Assembly (NCBI GenBank): GCA_008632985.1
Contig: QPGO01000014.1
Span: forward strand, 1 to 64,000
Direction: 5' to 3'
Source of the DNA: Psammoneis japonica
Taxonomy: Eukaryota
DNA length: 64,000 bases
The notes below the pieces were generated by a model. It saw only the letters and a program-made list of their open reading frames with translations, did no database searches and was not told where the DNA came from. Every line of letters begins with the position of its first letter. Positions within the stretch are counted from its first letter, which is position 1. Below, piece by piece: positions 50,394-64,000 of this stretch. The position numbers were made by a program, and so were the translations under genes.

Positions 50394-53378
50394 ATGAGGC
50401 TCCTCTTGGTCGTCGTGTCCTCTCCAATCGGTCTGTCCCGCCAGCGACTGCCCTTGCTGAGACAGAATCATCGTCGTTCGCAGCTACTCCTGGGCTTCTC
50501 GCCCGCAAAAACAGGCTTCGGCATGATCTACATGCCCAACACAATCTCGCTCACGAGATTTTGGATAACAAAGTTCTTCACGCTGATGCCAAATCCGACG
50601 TTTCTCGCCAGTTGCAGGATCCTTGCACTGGGTTGGTGTCGGAATCGTTGGCTCCCCCGGATCGCCAAGTGTCTTTGCATCGTCGGAGTTCTTTGAGAAT
50701 TGCATGTCTTCCCTTCAAGTCAATCGGGCAAGAATGTTGAGTTATATCGAGTCGATCAACGATGTCTTCCAGCAGCATTAGTGAGTCTCAATTTTGTTCT
50801 TTTTGTGGCCATTTTGGTTCTCGGCACCCAGCGTGTGTTCGTGAATCTTTGTGTTGCTGCTGCTCATGTTTGGCAATGTTTGGTTGTTTGTCCATTTCAT
50901 GCATGTCTTCTCACCGCTCAATTATTTGATATCCGTCTCATAGCTGCTTCTACGATGTCGCCAAAGACCCTGATGCAAGTGACCCCAAGTCCCACCAACC
51001 AGAGCTGGATGGACATCTTTGGAGAAGGCGAAGGCCAAGTTGACATTGTTGGTAGCCTGAACAAGACATTCATTGATGTGAATGCCAACGGAGCAACAGC
51101 AGCCACCTTTTGGGAAGTTGCAGGGGTCTTCAATGTCCAAGAGATGCTCACGTGACACTGCCCCAGCTACGTCCCGAATCGGTTGCCAACTTTTACACTG
51201 GCTTGTTGGTTCCGCTGCGAAGCATGGTCAACCAATCCACCACCGACAGTGAATTCTTTTTTGATGACGCTAATGACATTCAGCTCAAAGTCACGTGGAC
51301 AAACCTGGATGGAACCACAGAAGAGGAACTTGTGGATGCCATGAATGGCAAGAGCGTTGAGCAGTTTTTGACGGACTTTGTTTCGTCCCCTGCTTGGCCG
51401 TTTGGTCCCACGCAGTCCATTGGTCCAAGGATCAACTTTATCTTGGCCACCGTTGATTTCTTCAATGTTGGGTTTAGATCCAATGGAAGGCCCTCTGATT
51501 TGGTCCCTCCATCGTTTGCTGTTACGTGTGAATCGGGCTTTGAAGAAACCTGCTTCACAGCCATTTCTTCGGCGCCATTCAATTCCCTCATTGCGTCGGA
51601 CGGAACTAACATTGCTCTGGACAGGGCAACCGCACAGGCTTCTTTGAATGCTCCCGGAAATGCCTGCTTGAACTTCGTCAAAATGCTCGGTGACATTTCT
51701 AATGCACGATCCTTTGATGTCGTTGAACCCGTCAAGCGAGATTCTTTCTTGGCGGATTTGGGGACGAGGCGGGGTAAGTTGCAAGACGAGAAAGCTGATT
51801 TCACCTTTGACGAGGTGGTTTCTCTCGAGGATGTCAAAGGCGATCTGGTTGATGCCTTTGCCTGCAAGATTGAGGATGACTGCGCCATTCTTAAAGTGCA
51901 AACCTTTGACATTTTGCCCGAAGACATTTTGTCGGTGTGGCGAGACATGTCCCTGGCCGCCAAGGAAAAGGGTGTGACGAAGCTGCTGATTGACATCTCG
52001 TCAAATGGTGGCAGTGTTGTTGTTTCCGGCAACTCGCCAGCTGTTGTGATGTTCCCCGACATGGAGCACAGCCTTTGAGGATGCATGCGATGTCACGTGC
52101 AATGCTCAAATGGCACAGCAGTTTGTTTGCATTGGCTCTGCACTGTTGAATTACACATCACTCACATGGGTCTGCCTCGCCCTTAGATTGTCTGTGACTC
52201 TACAATTTTTCCATTGAGTGGCGCACTGATTGACGCCATTCAAGGCTTGTCTGATGATGACCTGCAGCGGGTTATCAACATTCTGCTCTCTGAGGATGTG
52301 AATGTGGTGGAGGCTGCAGCCAGTGCATTGCGGGACTTCTGCTGTGACAATTGCCTGTCACTTGGCAGTTGCAAGTCAATTAGATGCCAGGTGCTGGATT
52401 TGCTCGTGCAGGAGACAAATGACTTCATTGCCAATCCTGCTCCTCAAGAAATCAGAGTGCTCGGAGACACGCTAACCCTGGTGTTGCGAGTTTTCAATCC
52501 TTTCACCGTTCTTGGAGCAGCGGACCTCAAGGAGTCGGGGCGCATCACGTTAACCGTGGTGGTGAAGAAGTCGACCTCTCTGACCATTTCACCATCTTTG
52601 CGCAAGACAATTTCACTGACGCTCAAACAGCATCAAAGGAGTCGGGTCACTCGTTCGACAACTTTGTCATCTTGTCGGATGGTGTCGCTGGATCGACTTC
52701 ATGCTTGTTTGAGTCCATGGTGTCTCAACTGTGGAGGAACCGCGCCAAGAGCAACATCGCTAGCAGCGTTGTGACTGTGACCTGTGGTGGCACGGGCGAT
52801 GCATCAGATGTGACGGTGACTGGTTTTCTGGCGTCTGTGCAAGACGTGCACCTGAATTCCCAATTGTTGCAAACGGAGCACTGTTCATGCTGGAGACGTT
52901 GCTGCCGGACAACGCCGACATTGCCGGGACAGTCAGGTCTGCAAGAGAATTGTTTCAGTCTGTGTTGCCAATCCCTCCATTTTTTGGCAACACTTTGCCA
53001 GTCATGCCCGTCTTCAACTGCTGTGATCCCTTCATGCAACCTGGAGCTCTTCCCTTGCAATGCGTCAAGATCCCAACTGATGAGCACATTGGTGAACTGC
53101 ACCAAAACGTAAACCTTGCGGCATCAACGAGCGACTTGGCCATTCTCTGCCCACAAGCAGCCACCTTCTTCCACAACGGGACGGTCCCACCCATGACCAC
53201 ACCGACGCCACCGCCGACAACATCACCATCTCCGCCCACCACCACTTCGTCTGCATCATCCCCTCCCACCACCACGTCGACACCTTCGCCAACTCCTTCG
53301 GCCACTTCGAAACGCATGGGGGTTGCTTTGGCCATGGGACTCTGCTTGTTTTCATTTGTTGCAAGCTGTGTTGCATGA
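50394..53378 (+). pseudogene. Secreted/membrane-anchored S41-like (tail-specific protease-type) peptidase pseudogene, TpA-hypermutated
   Basis: Signal-like start, RQLQ pro-peptide, CFYDVAKDP, RDAHV, LLIDISSNGG, ILSDGVAGSTSCLFES, VTCGG, Thr/Pro/Ser linker and hydrophobic C-terminus; introns at about 50781-50943 and 52083-52187; several frameshifts. Confidence 0.65.
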
Positions 53379-54999
53379 GACTCTTGTGTGTGTGCATTAA
53401 ACAACCTCGCATCTGTGATGAGTGCCATTTGGTCATTGCCACATGGCTGCAGTTCCTTGGTTTTAGATTCTGGGGAGGGTCGTGGTTGCATCATTTTCCA
53501 AAAATTAGTTGGCGATGATGCATGTTTAGGTGTGGCTCTTTGAGAACAGCGCAGCATGCTCACTTGCACACATCATTGTTTTGTCGTTGCGGCAAATCAT
53601 GGCAAAGATCCCTGCCTCCTGTGATGATGAACCAAAAGCAAGTCTCAACTCAATGACAATGAACATTCAATCTGACAATGATTCAAACAAAACTGCACAA
53701 ACAGCACAGACAGAACGCAAACAACTAAAGAGGGAGACTCTTGTGTGGGTGAGGCTGCACCACAGCAATGCTCCATCTCACCAACTCTTGCAGCACCACC
53801 CAGGCTCTTTCCAGAGAGGGCATGCCAAGCCAGGGAAAGAGGAGAGGACAGGTGGACAGGGTGACAAGGAGGCATGCTGTCCAGCAGAATTTGAGATTCA
53901 GTTTTAATTTCCTCACCCTCGTTCAGGGTTTGCCCTCCTTCCCCATGAGCACAAGAAACAATTTGGTGTTGTCTTCTTAGAAATGCATCATTTTCCTCTG
54001 TTTCATGCAACAACAAAAATTCTGTGGTGCGCAAATTTTTGTTTTTAAAAGGCGCAGCATTTGAAGTCCAACTTAGAAACAAATGACAACATTTTGTCAA
54101 CAGCAAAATGCCAATTTACAGCATGCAAAGAAACCACAGTGACTTGGGCCTGTGTGCAATGTTCTCACCTTGCAGTGTGCTGTTCTCAACATTTTGTTTG
54201 GCCATTTCTTTCCAGTTGCTCAGCTTGCAAAACAGCTTTGCCTGCAATGCAATCAGCTTGTTGCCAGATTTTTGAGTTTCTGCACAGGATTCCCTGGGGC
54301 ATTTCTGTTTGAGATGACTTTTTAGGAAGCTGGCCATGACTCCACTTTCTGCATGCCAAGCCAAAGCCCCATGGAGGATTCACTTTGACCAAGCATGAGT
54401 TGTCATTGCCGAGACTGTTTCCAAGCATGCAACAACTTTGCAGTGGTCTTTTTGGGAGAAAAGCAATGCAAAACAGCTGCAATGAAGCCGCAGATGGGCA
54501 GCTGCTTCATTGAGATCTCCGCAGGTCTGTGGAGATTTTGGCCACACATGAGGGCAGTTGTGATGTCATTGACTGGCACTGCATCTGTGCACATTGTGGC
54601 CAGCTTCAGTGCATTTTTGAGTGCATGGCCTGCTTTTGACCAGTGCATTTGGCCGGCCCACAGCAGCATGGACATTCTTGGCTCTGGGAGAATGCACCAC
54701 TGCCAGAGAATTTTGCAGAGTTCTGCCATGCAACCAACTGGTGTGCTTGATGCACAGCAAATTTCTTGTGATTCAAGTGCCTTGAGGCATGGGAACAAAG
54801 AAACTGGACAAACAAAGCCAGTGCCTGTGGGTGAATCCAACACACTGTCAAGGAACAAAACAAGAAACTGTGTCTTTTTCCTTTTCTGTCACTGATGTCA
54901 TGCCATTCCCACTGGTCTCAGAACAAGATTTCACAACAGAATGGAAGCTTGCAGTTTCGGCAAGATGATTGGACTTTCTGAATTTTTTTTGCACCAGAA

Positions 55000-57900
55000 G
55001 CTTCGTGCGCGCTACACACATCTTTGCCAAAAATCAGTGACATGACGGTGGTGCGTTGTTGCAATGATGGCAATGACAGCAACGTGTCCCAGAGTCTTTT
55101 GTCATTGTGGACATTCAGTTCATAAAGTTTCAGAATGCACACAGTCATGAAAGTCCCCAAGAGCAAGGTCCGTTCAAAAGAAAAACGTCGCACCAATGCC
55201 GAGCGCCATTTTCCGACCTGTCACTGTCATGCATTCATTGTCGAACGACTGAGACTTTGTCAGGGGGACTTTCTTTACATGAGCGCATTTAACACAGTCA
55301 AATTGATCATTGTGTTGAGCACCCATTGCAAAGTCTTTCTGTGAGAGCGTCAGAAATGTCATCATCATCGTCGGTGTCAACGGCAATTTGTCGTGCAAAT
55401 CACAACAAATGCACCACTGTCATCTGTCTGACATTGCGCTGCTGTGTGTTCATTGTGCGCATGCCTTGGTGTGCATGTTTGTCTTCAACATCAAACAAAC
55501 AACCAAGTTTGCAGTGCATTTAAGTCTGCAAATGCTCAATGTTTTAAAATGTCCACCTGCCCCACGCCATTCTCAAGACATTTGAGAATGGCGTGGAAGA
55601 AAAAAATGTCACAAGTTGTTGAATGGATGGCCCAACAATTGTGTTGCAAAATGACACAAAATTCGGCCAAAGTCACACAGCTGCCTGTGTGCGCGACACA
55701 CAGCATGATCCAAAAAACTGTTGATGTCACAGTTTGGCAGTGCGAGGTCCCACCCAGAGCTGGAACTTGTCAGAAGCCACTGAAAGAACATGTTTTTGAT
55801 TGGTTGTGATCTGCAAGCACAGACAATGACAACATCAATCTGTGTTTTGTTCTCACTTTGCTGTTCTTGCCACACGCTTTGTTCTCACTCGGCTTTTCTT
55901 GCCATCTCTTGGTGCATCCGTAGCTGGCTGAAACAATGTGCTGTGTTTTGGGCATTGTTCTGTGTGGTGAGTGTAGATCTGATGATGTCAATTAACTCCA
56001 AACATGACATGCATTTTGCTCACAACTCTTGGTTCCGACTTGCTTCTCTGGGTCTCTCGGCAGCCTCTGTTGGTGTTGCAAGCATGACAACTTGCGGGTT
56101 CCCTGGGAGGCAAACAGACAACAAAATTTCCACAATGACAAGGTTGTTGAGATCAATTTTGCCTTGGCACAAGCTTTGCAAGATGTGTTGACATCCCAAG
56201 CCACCCCAAATGAAAATGCCACCACAGGCTTTTGGATGTCATGGTGGTGAGCACACAGAGACCCACTTTCCATTGCTTTCAACCCTTCAACCACCAGGGG
56301 TCTGCTTGAGGACTTGTGATGTGTCATGCACTTTTACATTGACACAATGAACACAACACAAAAATGTCACATCACGCACAATCTGCGCAAAGCACACCAC
56401 CTGCACTCACTTGTTGGGAGCAAATCTCCGCCGGTGGAGATTTGCCCCAAGGGTGTGGCATCATTGCTCCATTTGTGATGGCAATTCATGATGACCTGCA
56501 TTGTCATGGGTTGAGGTTTAGTTGCTCTCCATTCACAGATGAAGCTTGCAAAAAACCCAGTGTTAAAAGTTGACATTGAACTTTCTAATTGCAAAAAGGG
56601 TTCCCCCAGATTTTCTGCGAGTGCACGTTCCAAAACAAAATTGCGTGGATCAAATGTCATCCATGTCTGAAATTGCTCCATTTGCTGCATTTGTGATGTA
56701 AGTGAGCCAAGGCTGGTGGTTGAAGGGCCAAGTGTGCTGTTGCTTTCACACACGTGTGAACAGCACAATCATTTGGCCTTGTCCTGCAGGTGGAGGAACA
56801 GCGCACTCAACACCGGGTCTTTCAGGACAGAGTGGCATGCTGACAAGCTGTTGGCACAACTGTTGCAAGATTGCATGGGGCTGGAGGCTGTCCGCATGCA
56901 CTGGAAGCTCTCCCATGTTGCTGCTGGCAGTTGCTCCTTCAAAAGAATGATCAATGAAAAAAATTGACCAGTGTCCGGCCGTGTTCGATCCAGAAAAAAT
57001 GGGTGTGAGAATGACTTTCGACATGTCTCCCAGCCTCCAGACTTGTCATCGGCAACTGCTTTCACCCATCTGTCGATGTCAACTCAGCTGTGTCATTGCA
57101 GCTGGTTGCAAACATTTGCACTGACAACTTGAATGCCAAGTCAAGAAAATTGGTGTCGGAGCAAGTTGCAACACCCCTGAATGACATCATTGTCAATTGG
57201 TGTCCCACTCCAAAGAATGTCCCACACATTCGGCGCATTGACAGGAACGCCATGAGGCAGCCTCAGTGCATTGGTTTCTCCAATTGCATGTGTGCAGTTG
57301 TTGTGGTCTGCCAGCACTTGGGTTTCTCTCTTGTCCAGCAAAACCTCCCATTGCTGATCTCCATTTGTGAGCATGTGATCTGGCGTGGATGTTGCCAACT
57401 CAACTGCAAACTCTGCCAGTTTTTGTCATTTCCCCACATTCTTTAATTTGTTGCTCTGTTTTCTTTTCAGATCCTTCTCCTCTCTTGTGCACTGCACGGG
57501 CTGTTTCAAAATCATGCCCTTTCTGCCACAAAACTCACATGAAGACTTGTTGCAGCCACCGCAAATGCTGGCCAGAGCACTGCAAAGACCAACCCAGGTG
57601 CACTGCCTGGAAGGATCCGATGACTCTTCCTTCCCAGTTTTGTGCTTTTTTGTGCTTGGAGCATTGCCACCACAGTGCTCACAACTTCATCGTGTCCAGC
57701 TGTTGCACTGCCACGCCATGTGCTTGCAACCTAAATCCCAACAAGCACAGGCTCTGCTTTGCTGCATTGACTTAACTTCAGTTTTTGATGAGGGGCCTGA
57801 ATGGGAGGAATGCATGTTGAGGCTCTGTTGCCATCACCTCCCCTTGTCGAGAGTTTTAGATTTGATTTCTGTGACGCGGTGGAGCCCTTTGCTGCAGGTG

Positions 57901-60900
57901 GAGACTCTGAACAATTTTGTTGTGCTTGTCCTTCATTGTCAACTTTGCGTGCTTGATGGCTTCTCTTCATTTGTCCTTTTCATGCTTGGATTGGACCATG
58001 GAAATGGTTTTGGGGAAAATGTTGATTCTGTTTGATTGTTTCTTGTGTGAAATCATCAGTCACTCACAATCACATCGGTCGGGTGCTCCTGTCAAGCTGG
58101 ACAACCATTGTTTTCACATGATGTGGTCTTCCTTCATTTTGTGCAGAGGGGGGGGGGGGTGCCGCAATCCAAGACGCTTTGCCATGAATTTTGTCAATGG
58201 ACTCAACACTGGATCAGGCTCGTCAGCATGCTCCACAAATCTTGGATCTGGCATTGCCTTTCTGACTCAAACCCAATCAGTTTGGGTTGGCTTCATGTTT
58301 GACAGATTTGCATGGCTGGGAAGCACAAGCACATTGAAGAGTTTTTGAATGGTGTTCCTGCAAATCATCAAGTGTGCGAAAATGCAGGTGGCCAGCGTTG
58401 GGCTCTCCACAGTGCAAAATGCCGGTGTTGATGTTGTGACGGAACGCTCGGAGCACCAAAACAGACAGTGTGCAGCTTCAACACTGATCACTTGACCAAC
58501 CAAAAGCACCCAAAGTTTCTGATGGAAATTTTCTAACCTGTTGGTTCTGCTGCCACGCCACCAGAGTTGGAGTCCATCAGAATCTGTGCATTTCTCTCTA
58601 CAAACTGAAACATTGGGAACAGGGTCAAACCAACCTTTCTCTGCTTTCATTGTTGCATTGACAAACCATTCATCAAGTTCTGGGGTCAGACAATGTGGCT
58701 TGAATGCCTCACTCTCTCAAACAAATTTGTGTGCAACTCGGAGATTGGACATGTGCACATCTGCAATGGGGCACAGCACGCGGACGCGAGTTCTAACATG
58801 CTCCTTGTTGCAGTGCTCACACTCTTCAATGTCTTCTGGAGAATGTCCTTTGGATTTCAGTGCCTCACACATTGGATTGCAGTCTTTGTCATTCCCAATG
58901 AAGGGTGCCTCTTGGGCGAGTTCACACAGGCATGGACCAACCAGGCAATCCCGACACACGGGAAGAGCATCCATCACATGAAACATGTCATTTTTGCACG
59001 GCTTTGAAGCTCATTCTTTACATCATTGTCAATGTTCAAAGCCTCAAGAAGCATGTCCAAGATTTCTTCCAGTGTTGATTCATGCTGGTTGCCAGACGTC
59101 TTGGCAGTGTCCATTTTGGCAGGGTCAGATGCAGAATCGGGCACTGATTGCAGTGTGTTGAGCACTGCACGAGTGGTGTCCCCCCTTGCTGCTGCATCTT
59201 TTTGTGCATGCTCTGCAGGCAACTCATTGTCAGGTGCTTCCAGTGGTGGCATTTGAAGATGGCTTGTCTGGAGAACCGCTGCGTCAGAGCACCCCCTTCT
59301 GCAAACGTCTCTGATTGGCGTGCCCTTGCTGCAGTTGGGCTCATCAGCATTGCCATCTGCAAATCCACATGGCAATTTCCATGATGGCACCAGCACTTCA
59401 TCAATTTGCACCAGTGCATTTCCTTGGCCCACAAGCTTGCCACCATGTTTTGTCAACACTCCCATGCCTCTGCAGCTGCCGATTCGAACCATGGTGCCTC
59501 TGGCTGTGACAAGTCCTCCACCAATTGCGCCCACCATGCTGCCAGGTTTCACTGGATTAACCTCTGGTGGCTGACACAAACTCCAAGTTTTGCAGAAACA
59601 AGTTGCAGCAAATGCACTGTGAGAAGTCTGTGCACAATTGCGTCAGTTGCTGCCTGCCTGAGTGTCTCCTCGTCACGGTTGCGTGATGATGACTTGCTCT
59701 CACAGTTGGTGCTTTGTCCAGTCTCTTTGTCCAACAACATGACATTCAGACAACACTGACACAGTGGTGTTTCCCAAATGTGCATTTTGGTTGGACCAAA
59801 TTGGCATTTTGGTTGAACCAAATTTGTTGACAAATTTGATGCTGGCGACCAAAATGATTTTGTTTCCCAAAAACGTCATTTTGGTGGGCAGAATTTGGCA
59901 GGAAATCTTGTTGGAAAGCGAGCACGTCAACATGCCATGCAAATTTTGTAGAAGCTGCATCAGCAATGTTTGTGTGGAAACATGCATGAAAATGAATTTG
60001 GTTGAGATTTCGCAAACATCAATTTGGTCGACCAAATTGATTTGGTCGGTCTTGCAATTTGGTCAACAAAAGAGTTTTGGTTCAACCAAAGTGCCAATTT
60101 GGTCTAACCAAAATGCACACTCGGGAAACACCAGTGCCTCAACACCTGTGGAGCCACCATCATCATGTGTTTTTGCTGTCTCTCCAATCTCCAAACAATC
60201 TTTGATTTTTGTTCCATGGCCCCTGAGCAGTTGATTCATGTCACCGCCAATTTGCCTGCCACATGGAATGAGCCATCCATCTTCCAACATTTTCTCCAAC
60301 CAATGTGGGAATGCCTTCACAGCACGTGTGTCATTCACAATGACAGGCAAGCCCTCAAAAGACACCTGAAGCCAACACATGCCCACTTCAACAGTGCGGC
60401 CTTGGCTCCACTCTGTGTCAAGCCCATGGTGCTTTCTGGAAGAACCAGCATGAAGATTTATGATGTTCTCACAATTCTCCTGGAAAAAGTGATTTGCATT
60501 GGCTGCATCACAAAAATGACAAAAACTTTCACATGGCTGTCACAAGACCGGCATGTCAGATTTAGGGATGTGTGGGCTGACACCATCCTTCAGCTCTGTG
60601 CAAGACAGTGTGAAAAAAAGATGACAGGCAAGAAAAATGAAGCACACACAATGAGCTTTCAAAGAGGTGAATGGTGAGTGGCACCTTTAAAAGAATGATT
60701 TGCCACATTCAAACTGCCCTTTACATTGTCCATGTCAAATCAGCTGAGCTTGGGTGAACCTTGTGCCTTCCTTGCCACCTGAATGCGATGGAGCATGGGC
60801 TCAACTTCGTCTTGTCCTTTCCCAAACACAGGCAGACCAGCACTCACTTTCCCAGATCCTGCCATGAGATTGCAAGACACAAGGAACGGTTTCACCTGGC

Positions 60901-62940
60901 TGCCATTGGAAAGGCATGCTTGAACCTTGCTCCAGTGCTTGATTGTCTGTCAATGGCAATCTGTGCATCTTGGTTACACTCAAACGAACCTTGCATGCAC
61001 TCCTCTGGCACATCCTCCATGAAAATGTCAAAGCTGCTTGCAACCCTGGCAGCTGAAAGTCATGTCCCCCATTGTGTGCTCCTGGCTCTGCAAAAGCCAA
61101 GTGCAGAACAATGTCCTGCCCCTGGCATCCAACAGCTTCAACTGGATCCCACCCAGAAGACTCTTGTGGCAGCTGCATTGCTGCCAAGAACAATCAAATG
61201 ATCATGTCTCATCAACCATTGATGAAAATGCACCAGAAAAATTGGAATGGTTGGCCAAACAAGACAAGCACAATGCCATGCTCTGGTGCATTCCAGGCCC
61301 TTGGCAACTTGTGATGAAATCAAATTGCTCTGCCATCTCTGGAGGCAGCTTTGACAAGTGCAGAGGGGCAATGGCAGCAAGAGATTTTGCAATTTTTCCA
61401 TCATCATCCACCCTGCCACAGCAACACAATGATGAAGCACCCACGCTGCTTTCATCCACTCAACCATCAGTCAGAATGCCAGTCCCTTTGACTTGGTGTT
61501 GGTTTTGCCACAAAATTCACAAACACGCTTGTTTGGCAAGTGATTGGGACAGACCATTGGCGGAAACCAAAGATGTGCCCAGCAACTTCCAAGGTGCCAC
61601 TTGTCAGGTTTTGGCAACGAGCCCAAACCAGTGCTCAGTGGATCGCAAGCTGCCAAATCAAAAAATTTGCAACATTGCAAAATTTGCAACAAACTCCGAA
61701 TCCCACACAATCGCCATGCGGTGAGTCAAGAAACGACCCTTGTCACCCTCCAAGATCGTCTTTGTGATGCAGGCAACATCCTCTGCTGCAATTCAAGGTG
61801 CAGGCACTCTTTCTGCTTTGATTGAGAAAAGACATGATGCACGAGAAATGACAAGAAACCCTCATTTCAAAGGAAATTGACTTCTTGTGACAGCAACTCA
61901 TGCCGACGCATCACAAATTTCAACAAAAATGACCTTTTTGGATGATCGCACTGCCTTTCCTGACAAACAAAACGTCACACAGCTCTTCACAATGAGAACA
62001 ATCCACTGGTTTGTTGTTGCATGTCACTTGACAGACCTGTGGTTGCCAAAACAGTGGCGTTTGCTCATTTGAAGCAAAAAATGAAGCACTCAGAGACCTC
62101 GCACATGCTTTCATCAAGAAAAAATTTGAGCCATTTGTCTTTGTAAATTAGTTTGCGATTCGCAAATTTTGCGTTTCAGTGGCAAGGTGGCAGCATCCAT
62201 TTCATGCCAGATTTGATTTTTGACATTGTGCCACCATCTTTCTTTTGTGATTTTGCGTTGATCTCACTCAAACAATTGTGGATGGGAGTGTCCTTGGGAG
62301 GCACACGGGAATCACGGTGGCACACCGCCGACTGCTGCTGCGTCTCTTGCACAGCATCATCTCTGTCAAGAATCATGTTGATCTCATCTTGATCATCCAG
62401 TGAACATGGTGCCACCACCAATCCAGGAACAGAGTGACAATTGCCTGGACATTCAAATGTGGCTTGAAGGGTGGGAACAGCTCACTGCCATGCCTCTTGA
62501 CAGCACTTGTGGCATTTTTTGTTGGGGGCGAGAGATCATTGTCGGCGTGTCATCGAGTGTTCTGCTTTGCTGCCTCAAAAACAGGATGCAAAGCTCCCCT
62601 TTTCTTTTTTTTGAATCTGCAAAGCTCTCAGCAGAAAATCCTGAAAAATCAAATCGCCGTGCCTTCACCCCTTTGTTCTGCGATTGCCTCAAACCCGGAT
62701 GCACTGCGTTCAAAAACGCATTTGAAAATGGTCTGGCAGTCATGCGGTTGATGGGTCTCTCTTTTTCTGCACAGGCAAATGCGCACAATTCTCTAGAAAG
62801 TCCCATCCTTCTTTCTCGTTTTCAAATGCTCCGCCCCCAGTTGAAAAACACCCGCCCATTGTGACGAGCTTCACGCACCTTGAAGCAGTCGAAGCGATCG
62901 ATCGACGGACGACGCACGCGCGCGATCGCGATCGACCATA
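55000..62940 (-). mobile_element. Degenerate DNA transposon: DDE transposase-like remnant with C-terminal Ulp1/C48 protease domain
   Basis: Minus-strand fragments SRAK.DMFHVMD (about 58965-59005), RTNRLENFHQKL (about 58510-58560), IDNDVIQGCCNLL, GHWSIFFID, DSL, NDCAVHTC (about 56745-57200); ends not defined. Confidence 0.6.
59762..60136. mobile_element. MITE-like insertion (about 375 bp) with about 60-bp terminal inverted repeats
   Basis: Left CAGTGGTGTTTCCCAAATGTGCATTTTGGTTGGACCAAATTGGCATTTTGGTTGAACCAAA matches the reverse complement of the right end CACTGGTGTTTCCCGAGTGTGCATTTTGGTTAGACCAAATTGGCACTTTGGTTGAACCAAA with 5 mismatches. Confidence 0.85.
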
Positions 62941-63162
62941 GAGGGGTGGTCTGTCTGTGCACCCTGCGGGGCGCGATTGCCGAATAATCTCGAGCGGCTT
63001 GCGGCTTGCTATTTTTGCCGCAGAGGCCATGGCGGCGGCGGTGGGACTAGAATACCTCTTACCCCAAGTCTTACCCAAAACCGCGCTGATTTGCTACTTG
63101 CGTATTGCACAGCATTTTTTCCTCTACAAGATCAGCCCACGCTGTGCAAAGAACACGAAGAA

Positions 63163-64000
<838 letters not shown>

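Overview
Eukaryotic nuclear DNA, almost certainly from a diatom: it has short GT-AG introns, two silicanin-like genes, a CoDi-type Copia element and an ASAF-type plastid-targeting motif. About half of the window is ordinary gene-dense sequence encoding an A20 Zn-finger protein, a DMT transporter, MATE, DUF2214, a lysine methyltransferase, DGAT2, a CCR4-like nuclease, two silicanin-like proteins, DHCR7, NudC, a mitochondrial carrier, CRAL-TRIO, TRM5 and RlmN. The other half lies in six sharply bounded blocks (about 1-3.5, 4.5-8.3, 14.3-15.7, 29.4-40.8, 43.7-44.8 and 51-62.9 kb) from which the dinucleotide TpA has been almost erased. Recognisable proteins inside these blocks (Copia gag-pol, a histone H3 relic, an S41 peptidase gene, a DDE transposase with a Ulp1 domain) show Tyr->Cys/His, Leu->Pro and Thr->Ala changes at conserved positions, which means TpA->TpG/CpA (A:T->G:C) substitutions on both strands. 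In the Copia element this has happened while CpG is still abundant and the ORF is still open; in the other blocks CpG decay is added. This looks like a repeat-targeted A-to-G hypermutation process, the mirror image of fungal RIP, and is the main candidate novel system. All counts are hand counts, ancestral residues are inferred from remembered family consensus, and the mechanism is inference.
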